A stretch of DNA of 64,000 bases from Chitinophagaceae bacterium (GCA_035628135.1 DASPKM010000004.1:362596-426595); one strand, 5' to 3'; counted from the stretch's first letter, positions 18,868-27,884 are shown. Numbers and translations: made by a program. The notes: generated by a model from the letters alone, not told the origin.

Positions 18868-19170
18868 TCATCTCGAGATATTGGTGCATATACCAAAAAT
18901 TGAATTCCGAGTCACCCATCCATTGATGCGGCCAACATTATTGCCAATTTGATACCTTTCTCCTTGAATTGCTTTTATAAGATGTAAATAATGGGTGCCA
19001 TTTACTTTGCACAACACTATATCATCTTTACGTAGTTGTCGATCGCGCAAGGGTTCAACCGTCACCAACTCGCCAGATTCTATTTTTCCTTTCATTGAAT
19101 TCCCTCTTGGACGGAATTGCACCGTTTCGCCTGCCTTCAACTTTTCAATATAATGTGCAGCCCAGCTCAT
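18868..19170 (-). CDS. cassette 4a: S24 (LexA/UmuD-like) peptidase-fold protein, about 100 aa
   Basis: GNSMKGKIESGELVTV and DIVLCKVNGTHYLHLIKA resemble the S24 Ser/Lys dyad region. Start placed at the internal ATG at 19170. Confidence 0.4.
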   Translation of the reverse strand: MSWAAHYIEKLKAGETVQFRPRGNSMKGKIESGELVTVEPLRDRQLRKDDIVLCKVNGTHYLHLIKAIQGERYQIGNNVGRINGWVTRNSIFGICTNISR

Positions 19171-19285
19171 TTTATTTATTCCCCAGGGTTTTTGTGAGCA
19201 TAACCCCAACAAATGTCTATGTTAAATTACAAACGGAACCTAAACATAACGATCGCGTTTTTACCACTTAAAGCGAAAACCCTTC

Positions 19286-19783
19286 TTAGCCATTTCTTTG
19301 TTTCATGTAGTTTAATAAGTCAAGGATATGCTGTTGTGTATGACTTTTGAAAATCAATTCAAAGTACCGAAGCCCATCAGCCACACTATTGTTTTCAATT
19401 CGCCACTTAATTTCTAGCAAGTCTCCAATAATGTCAGTTAAGTCATCAACTGCGTCGCCAATGCCACACTCTTTCAAATTGTAAATATCCTCGAAGTCCA
19501 GTGGAGTCTTGTAGAATCCAAAGTCTTTGAAGTTCGTTTCGACATTAGATCGGACGTTCGTCAAGTTCGATTTATCAAAGTCTGGATAGTCGGTATCATC
19601 AAACTGGTAGCTGATGTCAAAATAAAGGCTGTAAATTTTAACCAGACTGTGCTCCAACATTTTATCTCGGTTGGGCACACATAAACTTGGTTGTAGTCCA
19701 AATTTTACAATTTCCTGTATTGTCTCTAGTAGCTTCGTCATTTTCGTGTGGACTGATAACGCACTAACTCTAAAATAGCGCAA
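19286..19783 (-). CDS. cassette 4b: hypothetical acidic protein
   Basis: AT-rich ORF with no recognised domain. Alternative start at 19741. Confidence 0.45.
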   Translation of the reverse strand: MRYFRVSALSVHTKMTKLLETIQEIVKFGLQPSLCVPNRDKMLEHSLVKIYSLYFDISYQFDDTDYPDFDKSNLTNVRSNVETNFKDFGFYKTPLDFEDIYNLKECGIGDAVDDLTDIIGDLLEIKWRIENNSVADGLRYFELIFKSHTQQHILDLLNYMKQRNG

Positions 19784-19912
19784 ATAATAATAAATATTGC
19801 GATTCTGAATATGCGCAATTAAATTAAGATATAATAAACGCAGTAGATTGGCTTGGAAGGGGTTTTATAGGTGCCGTATAAATCCACTAATGATCTGCAA
19901 ATCGTTCAAAAC

Positions 19913-19972
19913 GAAGTTCGATATCTGTCCCTTGTAGCCCACTTTGTTTCAAAGTTTTACACACTTTCTGTC
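19913..19972 (+). repeat. R5: degenerate copy (GAAGTTCGATATCTGTCCCTTGTAGCCCAC plus TTTGTTTCAAAGTTTTACACACTTTCTGTC)
   Basis: Direct repeat copy, more diverged than the others. Confidence 0.5.
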
Positions 19973-20076
19973 TTTGGCTAACAGGGTTTGCAAGAATTTT
20001 ATAGACGAAGTGCTTTCGTTATTTGTTTAACCAACGCTGCAGTTTCTGCAATGCAGGGTCGGAACGTAACAAGCCT

Positions 20077-20703
20077 TTAGCCTGGGAACCTGGTATCAGC
20101 TATGATCCTCTTTAGCTGTTCAATATGCCTTATGCGATGGGCGACAAGGATCAACCCTAATTGATGACAATCTCTGATGGTACGGACCCCCTTGCCATCC
20201 ATTCTAAAAACAAAATACCGCCTTAGATCCTTAGAAGCATTTACGGTGAAAAATTCCTTTACCAGATCATTGGTTTCAGAAAAAATGCGTACACAGGCAT
20301 CCTTACTGCAGTACCGGTTCCTCGGTAAATTAGTTCCCCTTGCTTTGCCCTTTTCCGGTTGCGTCGCATATGCAAGCGCTTTCTCATCGCCTCCTTTTGT
20401 GGAGTCCGCATAACTTGCAGGAAAAACCGGCTGGGCCAGTGAAAACCACAATTCCCGTACATAACCTTCATCAATAAGCCCCAGGTGTTCAACAATATCA
20501 TTTGCTGACCATGTATTCGTATCAATCCGATAAAAGAATTGCGACTCCTTCAAGGTATTGACAACTCTCAACAACTCGTTATGTGTTGAATCAAGCAGCC
20601 TTAACATCTTTTTGTTGTCGGCATCTGTATAATGCCGCTTTGCCGGTTGGGCCCCCAACATAAAAGAACAGCTAAGAAAGAGAAAAAGTATAAGATATTT
20701 CAT
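20077..20703 (-). CDS. cassette 5: secreted DinB/YfiT-like (DinB_2) family protein
   Basis: Signal peptide MKYLILFLFLSCSFMLGAQP (internal start at 20703). His-containing helical bundle signature HLGLIDEGY...HRIRHIEQL. Confidence 0.6.
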   Translation of the reverse strand: MKYLILFLFLSCSFMLGAQPAKRHYTDADNKKMLRLLDSTHNELLRVVNTLKESQFFYRIDTNTWSANDIVEHLGLIDEGYVRELWFSLAQPVFPASYADSTKGGDEKALAYATQPEKGKARGTNLPRNRYCSKDACVRIFSETNDLVKEFFTVNASKDLRRYFVFRMDGKGVRTIRDCHQLGLILVAHRIRHIEQLKRIIADTRFPG

Positions 20704-20857
20704 TGTATTCACGGTTAATGTAACTAACGGCGCCGAACCTTTAATCTTCATCCAATGCACTAACCAAGGTAATAAAAATATCAATTCCCTTCTGCACTCA
20801 CAGATAACCAGTACCTATAAACAAACTGCTTTATTCTCAGTAAATCCTTCAAAAGGA

Positions 20858-20930
20858 AATTCGAACTCCGTCCCCTCCGCCCCGCTTTCACTCCCAGAAG
20901 ATTTAGCGTAGGCATGCTTTGCCTGGGCAA
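20858..20930 (+). repeat. R6: AAATTCGAACTCCGTCCCCTCCGCCCCGC plus B-type hairpin tail
   Basis: Core as in R2. The tail carries the inverted repeat CCCAG...GCATGC...CTGGG and resembles the R1 tail (TTAGCGTAGGC / TTAACGTAGGCGAAC). Confidence 0.55.
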
Positions 20931-20934
20931 CTTG

Positions 20935-21942
20935 TTAGTTTAGGACGAGCTCCATAATCTGGTGTCGCGCCTTTTTCGATTCAGGCAAATTCAGGAACAC
21001 CCAGGCATGTGCCATTCCTTCATATTCGTAATAGTTTATCTCCACGTTTTTGATACCGGCGAGATGTTTTAGTTTTCTTGCGTCTGAAACCAGTATATCT
21101 TTTGTTCCTGTAAAAACAGATATTTTTCCCAGGTTGTCAAGACACCCATTGATTGGGCTAAGCAAATAATGGGCAGGATCCGTATCTCCTGCATATAACC
21201 TTCCCATCTCCCTGAGTCCTTTTATTCCGAGGAAAGGTTCTATTCCATTTACGTGTTCAATCTCCGGATTGCCAAGCGTGATATCCAGCCATGGTGAAAT
21301 CAGGATGATCCGGGAAGGTTGTGGGAGATGTTCATGCTGTAATTTTTGCGCAAGTGCCAGTGCAAAGCCGCCACCCGATGAATCCCCCATAAAGACCATT
21401 CCGGCACGATCAACTTCAGAAGCCAGTTGCCGGTAAAGCTTATCCACCATATCAAATGAATCTTTGTAGGTATGATGCGGTGCAAATGGAAAATCGGGTG
21501 CAGTAACGATGCAGCCTGTTTTATTTACAAGCTCCGACAGGAACTTCCAGTGAAAGGTGAGGAAACTGCTGGCATAAGCCCCTCCATGCAGGTATAAGAC
21601 ATGCGTGCCGCTGGCCTTCCTGTTCTTTGAACTGAGCTCAAAAACGTTGCGGTTATTTAATGTAGATTTACGGATATGGCAATTCCGTCTCGCCACGGCA
21701 GAAGGTTCGGGGCTATTGAAGAAACTGAATTGACCAGATGCGAATTGCCTCCTGAGAAATTCCCTTCTGTTTACCAGCCCCAGCAGACGATTAAATAATT
21801 TGCTTTGTATACTTGGCACGGAATAAATTTGATATAGAGAATTGTGAAGAACAGCTAAAGGTACGCCAATAAAAACACTAATAGAAAATGGGATAATGCC
21901 TGTATAAACAAGGCATGCTTGTATCAGCAATGGATTTTTCAT
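20935..21942 (-). CDS. alpha/beta hydrolase (esterase/lipase, HSL-like)
   Basis: HGGAY oxyanion motif and a GDSSGG nucleophile elbow. Confidence 0.8.
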   Translation of the reverse strand: MKNPLLIQACLVYTGIIPFSISVFIGVPLAVLHNSLYQIYSVPSIQSKLFNRLLGLVNRREFLRRQFASGQFSFFNSPEPSAVARRNCHIRKSTLNNRNVFELSSKNRKASGTHVLYLHGGAYASSFLTFHWKFLSELVNKTGCIVTAPDFPFAPHHTYKDSFDMVDKLYRQLASEVDRAGMVFMGDSSGGGFALALAQKLQHEHLPQPSRIILISPWLDITLGNPEIEHVNGIEPFLGIKGLREMGRLYAGDTDPAHYLLSPINGCLDNLGKISVFTGTKDILVSDARKLKHLAGIKNVEINYYEYEGMAHAWVFLNLPESKKARHQIMELVLN

Positions 21943-23224
21943 GGCAGATAAAAACCAGGATATAAATGACTTCTGGCTGCGACTTGATAATGCCGCGAAA
22001 ATCTATCCTGCAATAAGGGATAAAGAACTGACGTCTGTTTTCAGGATATCAGTACAATTAAAGGAGAGAATAAAAGCAAAACAATTGCTGCAAGCGGTCC
22101 ATTCCCTCGAAGAAAGATTTCCGTATTATAAAGTAAAGCTGAAAGCCGGCTTTTTCTGGTACTATCTCGAACCCGCTGACCTGCCAATCCCAGTAATACC
22201 CGACAAGGAAATTCCGTGCAGGTCGTTTGGCAAACAGGAACTAATGTTCAGGGTGCTGGCAAAAGAAAGCAGTATCAGTGTTGAATTTTCACATATCCTT
22301 ACCGATGGGACCGGGGCCCTTGAATTTTTAAAATCGCTGCTTCTGGTTTATTTTGAAAAATGTCAACGCAATGTCCCAGCCACTGTTTCCCGTCATATTC
22401 CGGGAGAAACGCCGCAACCGGAAGAATACGAAGACGCCTATAAAAGATATTTTAAAAAAATTGCCGCCCGCCCCCCGAAAATCGCAAAAGCCTTTCACGT
22501 GCCATTTCGTTTGCGGGAGGTGCCTCGTTTCTCTGTATTGACAGTTGTCCTGCCGCTTGATGAAATGCTGAAGAAGGCAAAGGAATATGAAGTGAGCCTG
22601 ACAGAATATCTTACTGCGGTATATCTCCATTCCCTGCAGCAGGTTTATAATCAGCAATCATCGTTCCGGAAACATACGGCTAACAAGATACTGCGCATTG
22701 AAGTACCCGTAAATCTTCGCAGGCTATTCCCTTCGCGCACTATGCGGAATTTTTCACTGTATGTGATGCCGGGCATTGACCTGCGGCTGGGCCACTATAC
22801 CTTTGACGAGATCATAAAGTTTGTTTATCACCAGGTAAGGCTCGAAACCGATAAGAAACTTATCAGTAAAATGATCTCCCGTAATGTGAGTGGAGAAAAA
22901 AATCCGGCCGTAAAGAGCCTGCCGCTGTTTATCAAATCATTTTTTCTGTCGAAACTGTATGCAATTGGTACAAGGCAATACAGCGGCGTAGTAACCAATA
23001 TGGGGAAAATAGATATGGGTCCCGAAATAAACAATGTGATAAATAAATTTGTATTTATTCCGCCGCCGCCCAATAAAATATTGAGAGTAAACTGCGCTGT
23101 AGTGGGATTCGACGGTAAATTGGTACTGACCTTTGGAAACATTACCGTCAGTAAAGAAGTCGAAAGACAATTCCTGGTATTCCTGGCAGCACAGGGCGTA
23201 CCGGTAAAAATCATGAAGCAATAG
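21941..23224 (+). CDS. HxxxD-type acyltransferase (condensation/PapA5/alcohol-acetyltransferase-like)
   Basis: SHILTDGTG motif about 120 aa from the N-terminus, with the length typical of this superfamily. Its start overlaps the divergent hydrolase start (CATG). Confidence 0.55.
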   Translation: MADKNQDINDFWLRLDNAAKIYPAIRDKELTSVFRISVQLKERIKAKQLLQAVHSLEERFPYYKVKLKAGFFWYYLEPADLPIPVIPDKEIPCRSFGKQELMFRVLAKESSISVEFSHILTDGTGALEFLKSLLLVYFEKCQRNVPATVSRHIPGETPQPEEYEDAYKRYFKKIAARPPKIAKAFHVPFRLREVPRFSVLTVVLPLDEMLKKAKEYEVSLTEYLTAVYLHSLQQVYNQQSSFRKHTANKILRIEVPVNLRRLFPSRTMRNFSLYVMPGIDLRLGHYTFDEIIKFVYHQVRLETDKKLISKMISRNVSGEKNPAVKSLPLFIKSFFLSKLYAIGTRQYSGVVTNMGKIDMGPEINNVINKFVFIPPPPNKILRVNCAVVGFDGKLVLTFGNITVSKEVERQFLVFLAAQGVPVKIMKQ

Positions 23225-23239
23225 CAATATTGAACAATT

Positions 23240-23944
23240 ATGATCATTTGTAAAAATTGCGGTGTAGAACTGGAAGAGGGAATAGCAAATTGCCCTTTAT
23301 GCGGTCAATCAGCAGGCAGCGATGATACCAGTTTGTCGCAAATCCCTGTTCCAGAACAGAAATCTGTTTATGGACGGGAAATGACCCAGCCCCAGAAACA
23401 ATTCACCTGGGAAATAGTTTCTCTTATCCTTCTTTCCGGCGCCATTGCAACTTTTATTGTCGATTTTATTATCAGTCGCCGGATTACCTGGTCAGAGTTG
23501 CCTATGGCCATGAGCCTTACTATTTTTTCTTACATTTCATTATTTGCATTCTGGAGGCAACGGTTGGTTGTTCAAATGACCGGCGGGCTCATGCTATCTT
23601 CTTTATGTCTTGTTGTTCTTGATCTATTGATCGGTGGTATTCACTGGTCAACGCGCCTGGCGATACCGTTGCTTACGGCAACTACCATTGTATTAATGAT
23701 ATTGATCTTTGTTGTCCGTAATTCAAAGTACAAAGGGATCAACCTGATTGCCTGGATTTTTTTGGGTGCGGCAATTCTGTGCCTTTGTATTGATGGCGTT
23801 TTGTCTATTTATAAAACAGGTTCTTTTCACCTGTCATGGAGTATTATTGCAATAAGCTGTATCGTACCTGTTGTTTTAGTGCTTCTTTTTGCGCATTTCC
23901 GGTTGAAGAAAGGGCGGAGCTTAGAGAAAACCTTTCATGTTTGA
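23240..23944 (+). CDS. zinc-ribbon plus multi-pass membrane protein
   Basis: N-terminal CxxC...CxxC, followed by about five hydrophobic helices. Confidence 0.6.
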   Translation: MIICKNCGVELEEGIANCPLCGQSAGSDDTSLSQIPVPEQKSVYGREMTQPQKQFTWEIVSLILLSGAIATFIVDFIISRRITWSELPMAMSLTIFSYISLFAFWRQRLVVQMTGGLMLSSLCLVVLDLLIGGIHWSTRLAIPLLTATTIVLMILIFVVRNSKYKGINLIAWIFLGAAILCLCIDGVLSIYKTGSFHLSWSIIAISCIVPVVLVLLFAHFRLKKGRSLEKTFHV

Positions 23945-23950
23945 ATGTTT

Positions 23951-25141
23951 TTACACAAGCTGAAATTGCTTCTTACCAAAGGATTTCCCATTTATCTGAA
24001 TTTCTATTTCGTGCCGCCCGCGAAAAAGCTTCCGGGTAGTCATATGTTCGCGCAGCACATGTCGTTTTGTGAGCACAATACTTTCTCCTTTGGAAAGCGA
24101 TAGGTTCTTTAGCTTGAAGACCTTCTTGCTGTTGACTTTACCTGATTTATTTGGAAAGTACAGTATATAGTCGGCAATGATGTGCGCGTCTTCCTGCGCT
24201 TGTATTGTAAAAGAAAATTCCAATGTGTTATTCATCTTGACCTTTGCTGGTATCCTGAAGTTTAAGGCACGTATAGCTGCCTTACGCGAAACGCCCAACA
24301 GATCCATTGCTTTGGGGTTTCCATTTTTAATGAGTGTCCGCAAGCCATGGCGGACAATATAGTCCATTTCTTTCGGCGTTTGCTTTGCTGATCGTTTCCA
24401 TCGCATGAGCGTATCAATTGCCAAACCCGGGTCAATTTTTGAAATGTCGTTTATGTGATTTGCAACGGAACGGACAACGAACCTTGTTGAATCGAAAAAA
24501 AGATTGTCAAGTATCGGAATCGGAGCGGTTATAGGGATGTTTACTTTCTGCGACCACGGAAGCTTTGGACGCGTTCCTTCACTGCATAACCTACGGACAT
24601 GGTAATGCGCGTCTCTGCTCCATTTTAACAATGTCCTCAACGTTTCTTCGGGAAATGCGTTAATGAAATACCGGATAGCGTCCTCCGCCGAAAAACGCAT
24701 AGTCAGCTCGTAAAGTGCGTTAAGAGAAAGCGCCAGGTCATCTTGATTGCAGCCGTAGCGCGCAATATATTCCCCATACGGCGCATAGATGAAGTCACCG
24801 AAATCGTTGTCGGAGAGTTCAGGATTGTTTGGCGCGGGAAGCGATTGAAGTATCACATTCACTCCCTGCCCATAATCGCCGGGCAAGTATTGCTTCAAAC
24901 ATTGTGCAATCCAGTAAATCCTCGCCTTGAGTTCGAGTTCGGGAAATTTGGCGACAACTTCACGAATAAACCGGGTTTTTTGGAACGGAGGATATACGCG
25001 ATGTATTTCTCCTGCAATTTGCTCAACTTTTGCTGCATTGAACAGGAGATCTTTGAGTAAAACTTTCTCTGCCATGTAGTCAACTTTGTCTTTTGCAGGT
25101 TTGAACGCAGTGGTTACTCGGCATCTTTTAATTTTATCCAT
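23951..25141 (-). CDS. DNA alkylation repair protein (AlkC/AlkD HEAT-like repeat family) with C-terminal extra domain
   Basis: HEAT-like repeat signature of the DNA_alkylation family (WSRDAHYHVRRLCSEGTRPKLPW) plus a ~100-aa beta-rich C-terminal domain, as in AlkC. Confidence 0.65.
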   Translation of the reverse strand: MDKIKRCRVTTAFKPAKDKVDYMAEKVLLKDLLFNAAKVEQIAGEIHRVYPPFQKTRFIREVVAKFPELELKARIYWIAQCLKQYLPGDYGQGVNVILQSLPAPNNPELSDNDFGDFIYAPYGEYIARYGCNQDDLALSLNALYELTMRFSAEDAIRYFINAFPEETLRTLLKWSRDAHYHVRRLCSEGTRPKLPWSQKVNIPITAPIPILDNLFFDSTRFVVRSVANHINDISKIDPGLAIDTLMRWKRSAKQTPKEMDYIVRHGLRTLIKNGNPKAMDLLGVSRKAAIRALNFRIPAKVKMNNTLEFSFTIQAQEDAHIIADYILYFPNKSGKVNSKKVFKLKNLSLSKGESIVLTKRHVLREHMTTRKLFRGRHEIEIQINGKSFGKKQFQLV

Positions 25142-25581
25142 TCCTGGATGACAGATTCAAGAGCCTTCTTTTTGTTCTCAATATCCTTCATGTCTGTAAA
25201 TCTCGCTACCCGCCCGGTAGTGCCATCGCCTTCCAGTAAGCCTGATTTATTAGGCAGCGAAGCGCCGTAGTGGAACATAAGGCTAACGTGCTGTTTTGCA
25301 TTAAGGAAATAAGACGCGATGTTGCCTTTGTAAATAAATGTAGGTACACTCCATTTGATATCTTCGCTTATCTTATCGCTGCTGTTCATGATTATCTCCC
25401 GCACACGTTGTATTTCGGCATGCATGGGATGATTTTTCTTTTTTAGAAATTCATCCACTTTTGGATTGTTCCCGGGTTTTGCAGTGGAGACGGTAGCCTT
25501 TTTGGCTGCCTTTTTAGCCGGTGCAGCAGGTTTCCTGGTAGATTGCTTTTTAGAAGGCGTCGCTGCCTTTTTTGTGGCCAT
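25114..25581 (-). CDS. DUF1801 (YdhG-like) protein with Lys/Ala-rich histone-H1-like N-terminal tail
   Basis: Tail MATKKAATPSKKQSTRKPAAPAKKAAKKA followed by a DUF1801-like core (IASYFLNAKQHVSLMFHYG). Confidence 0.55.
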   Translation of the reverse strand: MATKKAATPSKKQSTRKPAAPAKKAAKKATVSTAKPGNNPKVDEFLKKKNHPMHAEIQRVREIIMNSSDKISEDIKWSVPTFIYKGNIASYFLNAKQHVSLMFHYGASLPNKSGLLEGDGTTGRVARFTDMKDIENKKKALESVIQEWIKLKDAE

Positions 25582-25779
25582 ATAAAATAATTGTGGGGTT
25601 AAATTTACTAAATACTGCTAACCCTGGTCTTGACCCAAGCAACTTTTGACAATTTGCTTTAAATGGTATCATTACGATGAACAATAAACCGGCTCTCTTT
25701 AAGAAAAATTTCTATTTCTTGCGACTTTCTGCACAACCCGCTGCTCTAATTAAAAAGCTTTAACCACAGACGACAAAGC

Positions 25780-26301
25780 ATGAACAGAAGCCCGGAAGAA
25801 TTTATCGACCTTTTAAAGCCAGTGTACAATAATGCGCTGCAATACTGTCTTGCCCTTACTAAAAATGGAACGGAAGCGAAAGACTTGTTGCAGGAATCAC
25901 TGCTAAAGGGCATCCAGGGTTTTAGATCGCTCCGGGAAGAAGCTAAGTTCAAATCATGGCTCTTTAAGATCATCACCCGTGAATTCTATGCCCTGTCGCG
26001 GAAATCTGTTAGCAGGAAGCATCTCCTAAACGGGCTTAAGGCTGAAACTACGGAGTTCCCAAATGTGTTCAGCAATGAAATATCAGACCTCAAACAAAAA
26101 GCGCTGCTGCACGCCATGAAACTACTAAACGAAAAGGAAAGAGCAGCCATTCTATTGTTCGAAGTGGGCGGATTTTCATTGGAAGAAGTACGACAAATAC
26201 AGGGCGAGCATTCCCTATCAGCCATAAAATCCAGGCTCAGCAGAACGAGGAGCAAGTTAAAGGAACTCATCCTGAGCCTGCAAAATGAAAAACAATTATA
26301 A
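25780..26301 (+). CDS. RNA polymerase sigma-70 factor, ECF subfamily
   Basis: Region 2 (LLQESLLKGIQGF) and region 4 HTH (ERAAILLFEVGGFSLEEVRQI). Confidence 0.9.
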   Translation: MNRSPEEFIDLLKPVYNNALQYCLALTKNGTEAKDLLQESLLKGIQGFRSLREEAKFKSWLFKIITREFYALSRKSVSRKHLLNGLKAETTEFPNVFSNEISDLKQKALLHAMKLLNEKERAAILLFEVGGFSLEEVRQIQGEHSLSAIKSRLSRTRSKLKELILSLQNEKQL

Positions 26302-27502
26302 AAATGAGATTATGCCAGGCACACCACCCTTTCACGATTCGAATGACGAACTCAACTCGCATTGGAAATCCATAAAAGACGCTGACTTCAGCGCCTCATT
26401 TCCCGAAACGGCCCAATGGATCCGGGAAAATGCAAAAAGCGGGCGTTTTGGACGCAACAGAACGCGCAGCCGTATTAAATGGACCGTGGCTGCTTTTATT
26501 CCTTTGCTGTTTATCATTTCGTGCACCTATAAAGTTGACCGGTTGGAAAAGTTTGGCGACCTCATAAATTTCAGTTTGCACAAGGGTAACCATACATCCT
26601 TTCAACAATTGGCTTCGTTACAAAAACGATTTGGCTTTTCCAGCTACCAATTGTTTCAACCCGGCTTACCTCACCTGGCTTCCTTTATTTCGCTGGTGAG
26701 AAACGATGCCGGCGTTATTGAAAAAGAACTTTCTGCCGTGAGCGGTGTAAGCAGGTTAAAGGTATCGCGGATAAACTATTCTGTCAGGGAATCGTTGTTT
26801 TCCACTTTTGTACATACGAGGTTGAAAATGGGTGCTTCGCCCAAGCCCGAAAAGGAAGTAATAAAAAAAGCCGTGCAGAACGAATTAAAAACACAAGGCT
26901 TCGCACATGTGGATATAGATATTGCAATTGATGAAAAAGAACCCTTAGTGGTAAAGTATAATTTACCCGAAGACACGGAGTCTGATACGGCGGTAACGAT
27001 CATTTATGTACCTGACAGCGCCCCCCGGTTTGTCCCGCGCTCAAACACGATGTCGAGGCAGGCCAGGCAATTGAAAAATTTTGAATGGATATTAGGCACG
27101 TGGAAAGTGTTGCATAAAGACGTAGAAACCTGGCATCACTGGGTGGGCATGAGCGATACAGTCCTAAAATGCTACGTTCTCGAAAAACCGGGCAAACAGG
27201 TAAACCTGACAGTAGGCTTTTACCTCAAGAACAGCCATACGAATGAAATCGAGCTGCATTTGAAAAGTGAACAATGGACGTTTGTAACACGATCAAATAC
27301 GCCGTGGCAATTCAGCAACGACTCGGAGGGCCCACGCAGCGACGTGACCTGGGCACTAAAGGATAACAATACCTGGCAAATCATGTTCTCCGGCCAGGGG
27401 AATAAAGAGTTCATCAACTTATCGCGGCAGCCCAACCAGGAAATGGAAGACCTGGTACGATCGATGATCAAAAACCATCCTGACAAGGGCACAAAGTATT
27501 AA
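26285..27502 (+). CDS. putative anti-sigma factor (single-pass membrane protein)
   Basis: Overlaps the 3' end of the ECF sigma gene. Cytoplasmic N-terminus, one TM (WTVAAFIPLLFIISC) and a large extracytoplasmic domain. Confidence 0.5.
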   Translation: MKNNYKNEIMPGTPPFHDSNDELNSHWKSIKDADFSASFPETAQWIRENAKSGRFGRNRTRSRIKWTVAAFIPLLFIISCTYKVDRLEKFGDLINFSLHKGNHTSFQQLASLQKRFGFSSYQLFQPGLPHLASFISLVRNDAGVIEKELSAVSGVSRLKVSRINYSVRESLFSTFVHTRLKMGASPKPEKEVIKKAVQNELKTQGFAHVDIDIAIDEKEPLVVKYNLPEDTESDTAVTIIYVPDSAPRFVPRSNTMSRQARQLKNFEWILGTWKVLHKDVETWHHWVGMSDTVLKCYVLEKPGKQVNLTVGFYLKNSHTNEIELHLKSEQWTFVTRSNTPWQFSNDSEGPRSDVTWALKDNNTWQIMFSGQGNKEFINLSRQPNQEMEDLVRSMIKNHPDKGTKY

Positions 27503-27506
27503 ACAA

Positions 27507-27537
27507 AAGTTCCCGGCACATGCCGGAACTTTTTTAT
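27507..27537 (+). terminator. rho-independent terminator
   Basis: GTTCCCGGCA-CA-TGCCGGAAC hairpin plus T6, immediately after the stop at 27502. Confidence 0.65.
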
Positions 27538-27884
27538 CAAGTGGATTGCAATACCGGCACTTCATTGAATTCAATCAGGTTGTCTGCCAACGCTCCGGTA
27601 ATCGGCATGCCGGTGGGTCCTTCCATAAATAGCCATTGGCCTTCAAGTATTGATCTCGGGGAATGTATTCACCCTTGCTGTTGCGCCGCATGTCAATGGC
27701 GCCATATACCAGCTAAAGCTTTTTCATCAATAGCAATAGCTTGTTCAATGCTCTTTGGAAGTTCGTGCCGTTCAATAACCACCCGTTCGATATCCTGTTA
27801 GTGGTATTTTGAAAAGAAAAATCCCAAACTTCTTCACTTACGTGGAGAAGATCTGGGATTGTGATATACTGAAACCCTGCTTAC

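Noticed and set aside
15943-20930. CRISPR array
   Set aside because: The repeats are 60-75 nt, imperfect, and separated by 0.6-1.1 kb segments that contain ORFs. That is not a CRISPR repeat-spacer geometry, and there are no cas genes.
15943-20930. Classical integron (attC sites)
   Set aside because: The repeats lack the R''-L''…L'-R' imperfect-palindrome organisation of attC. They are direct copies of a tRNA 3' end plus tail. No intI is adjacent. Integron-like organisation is retained only as an analogy.
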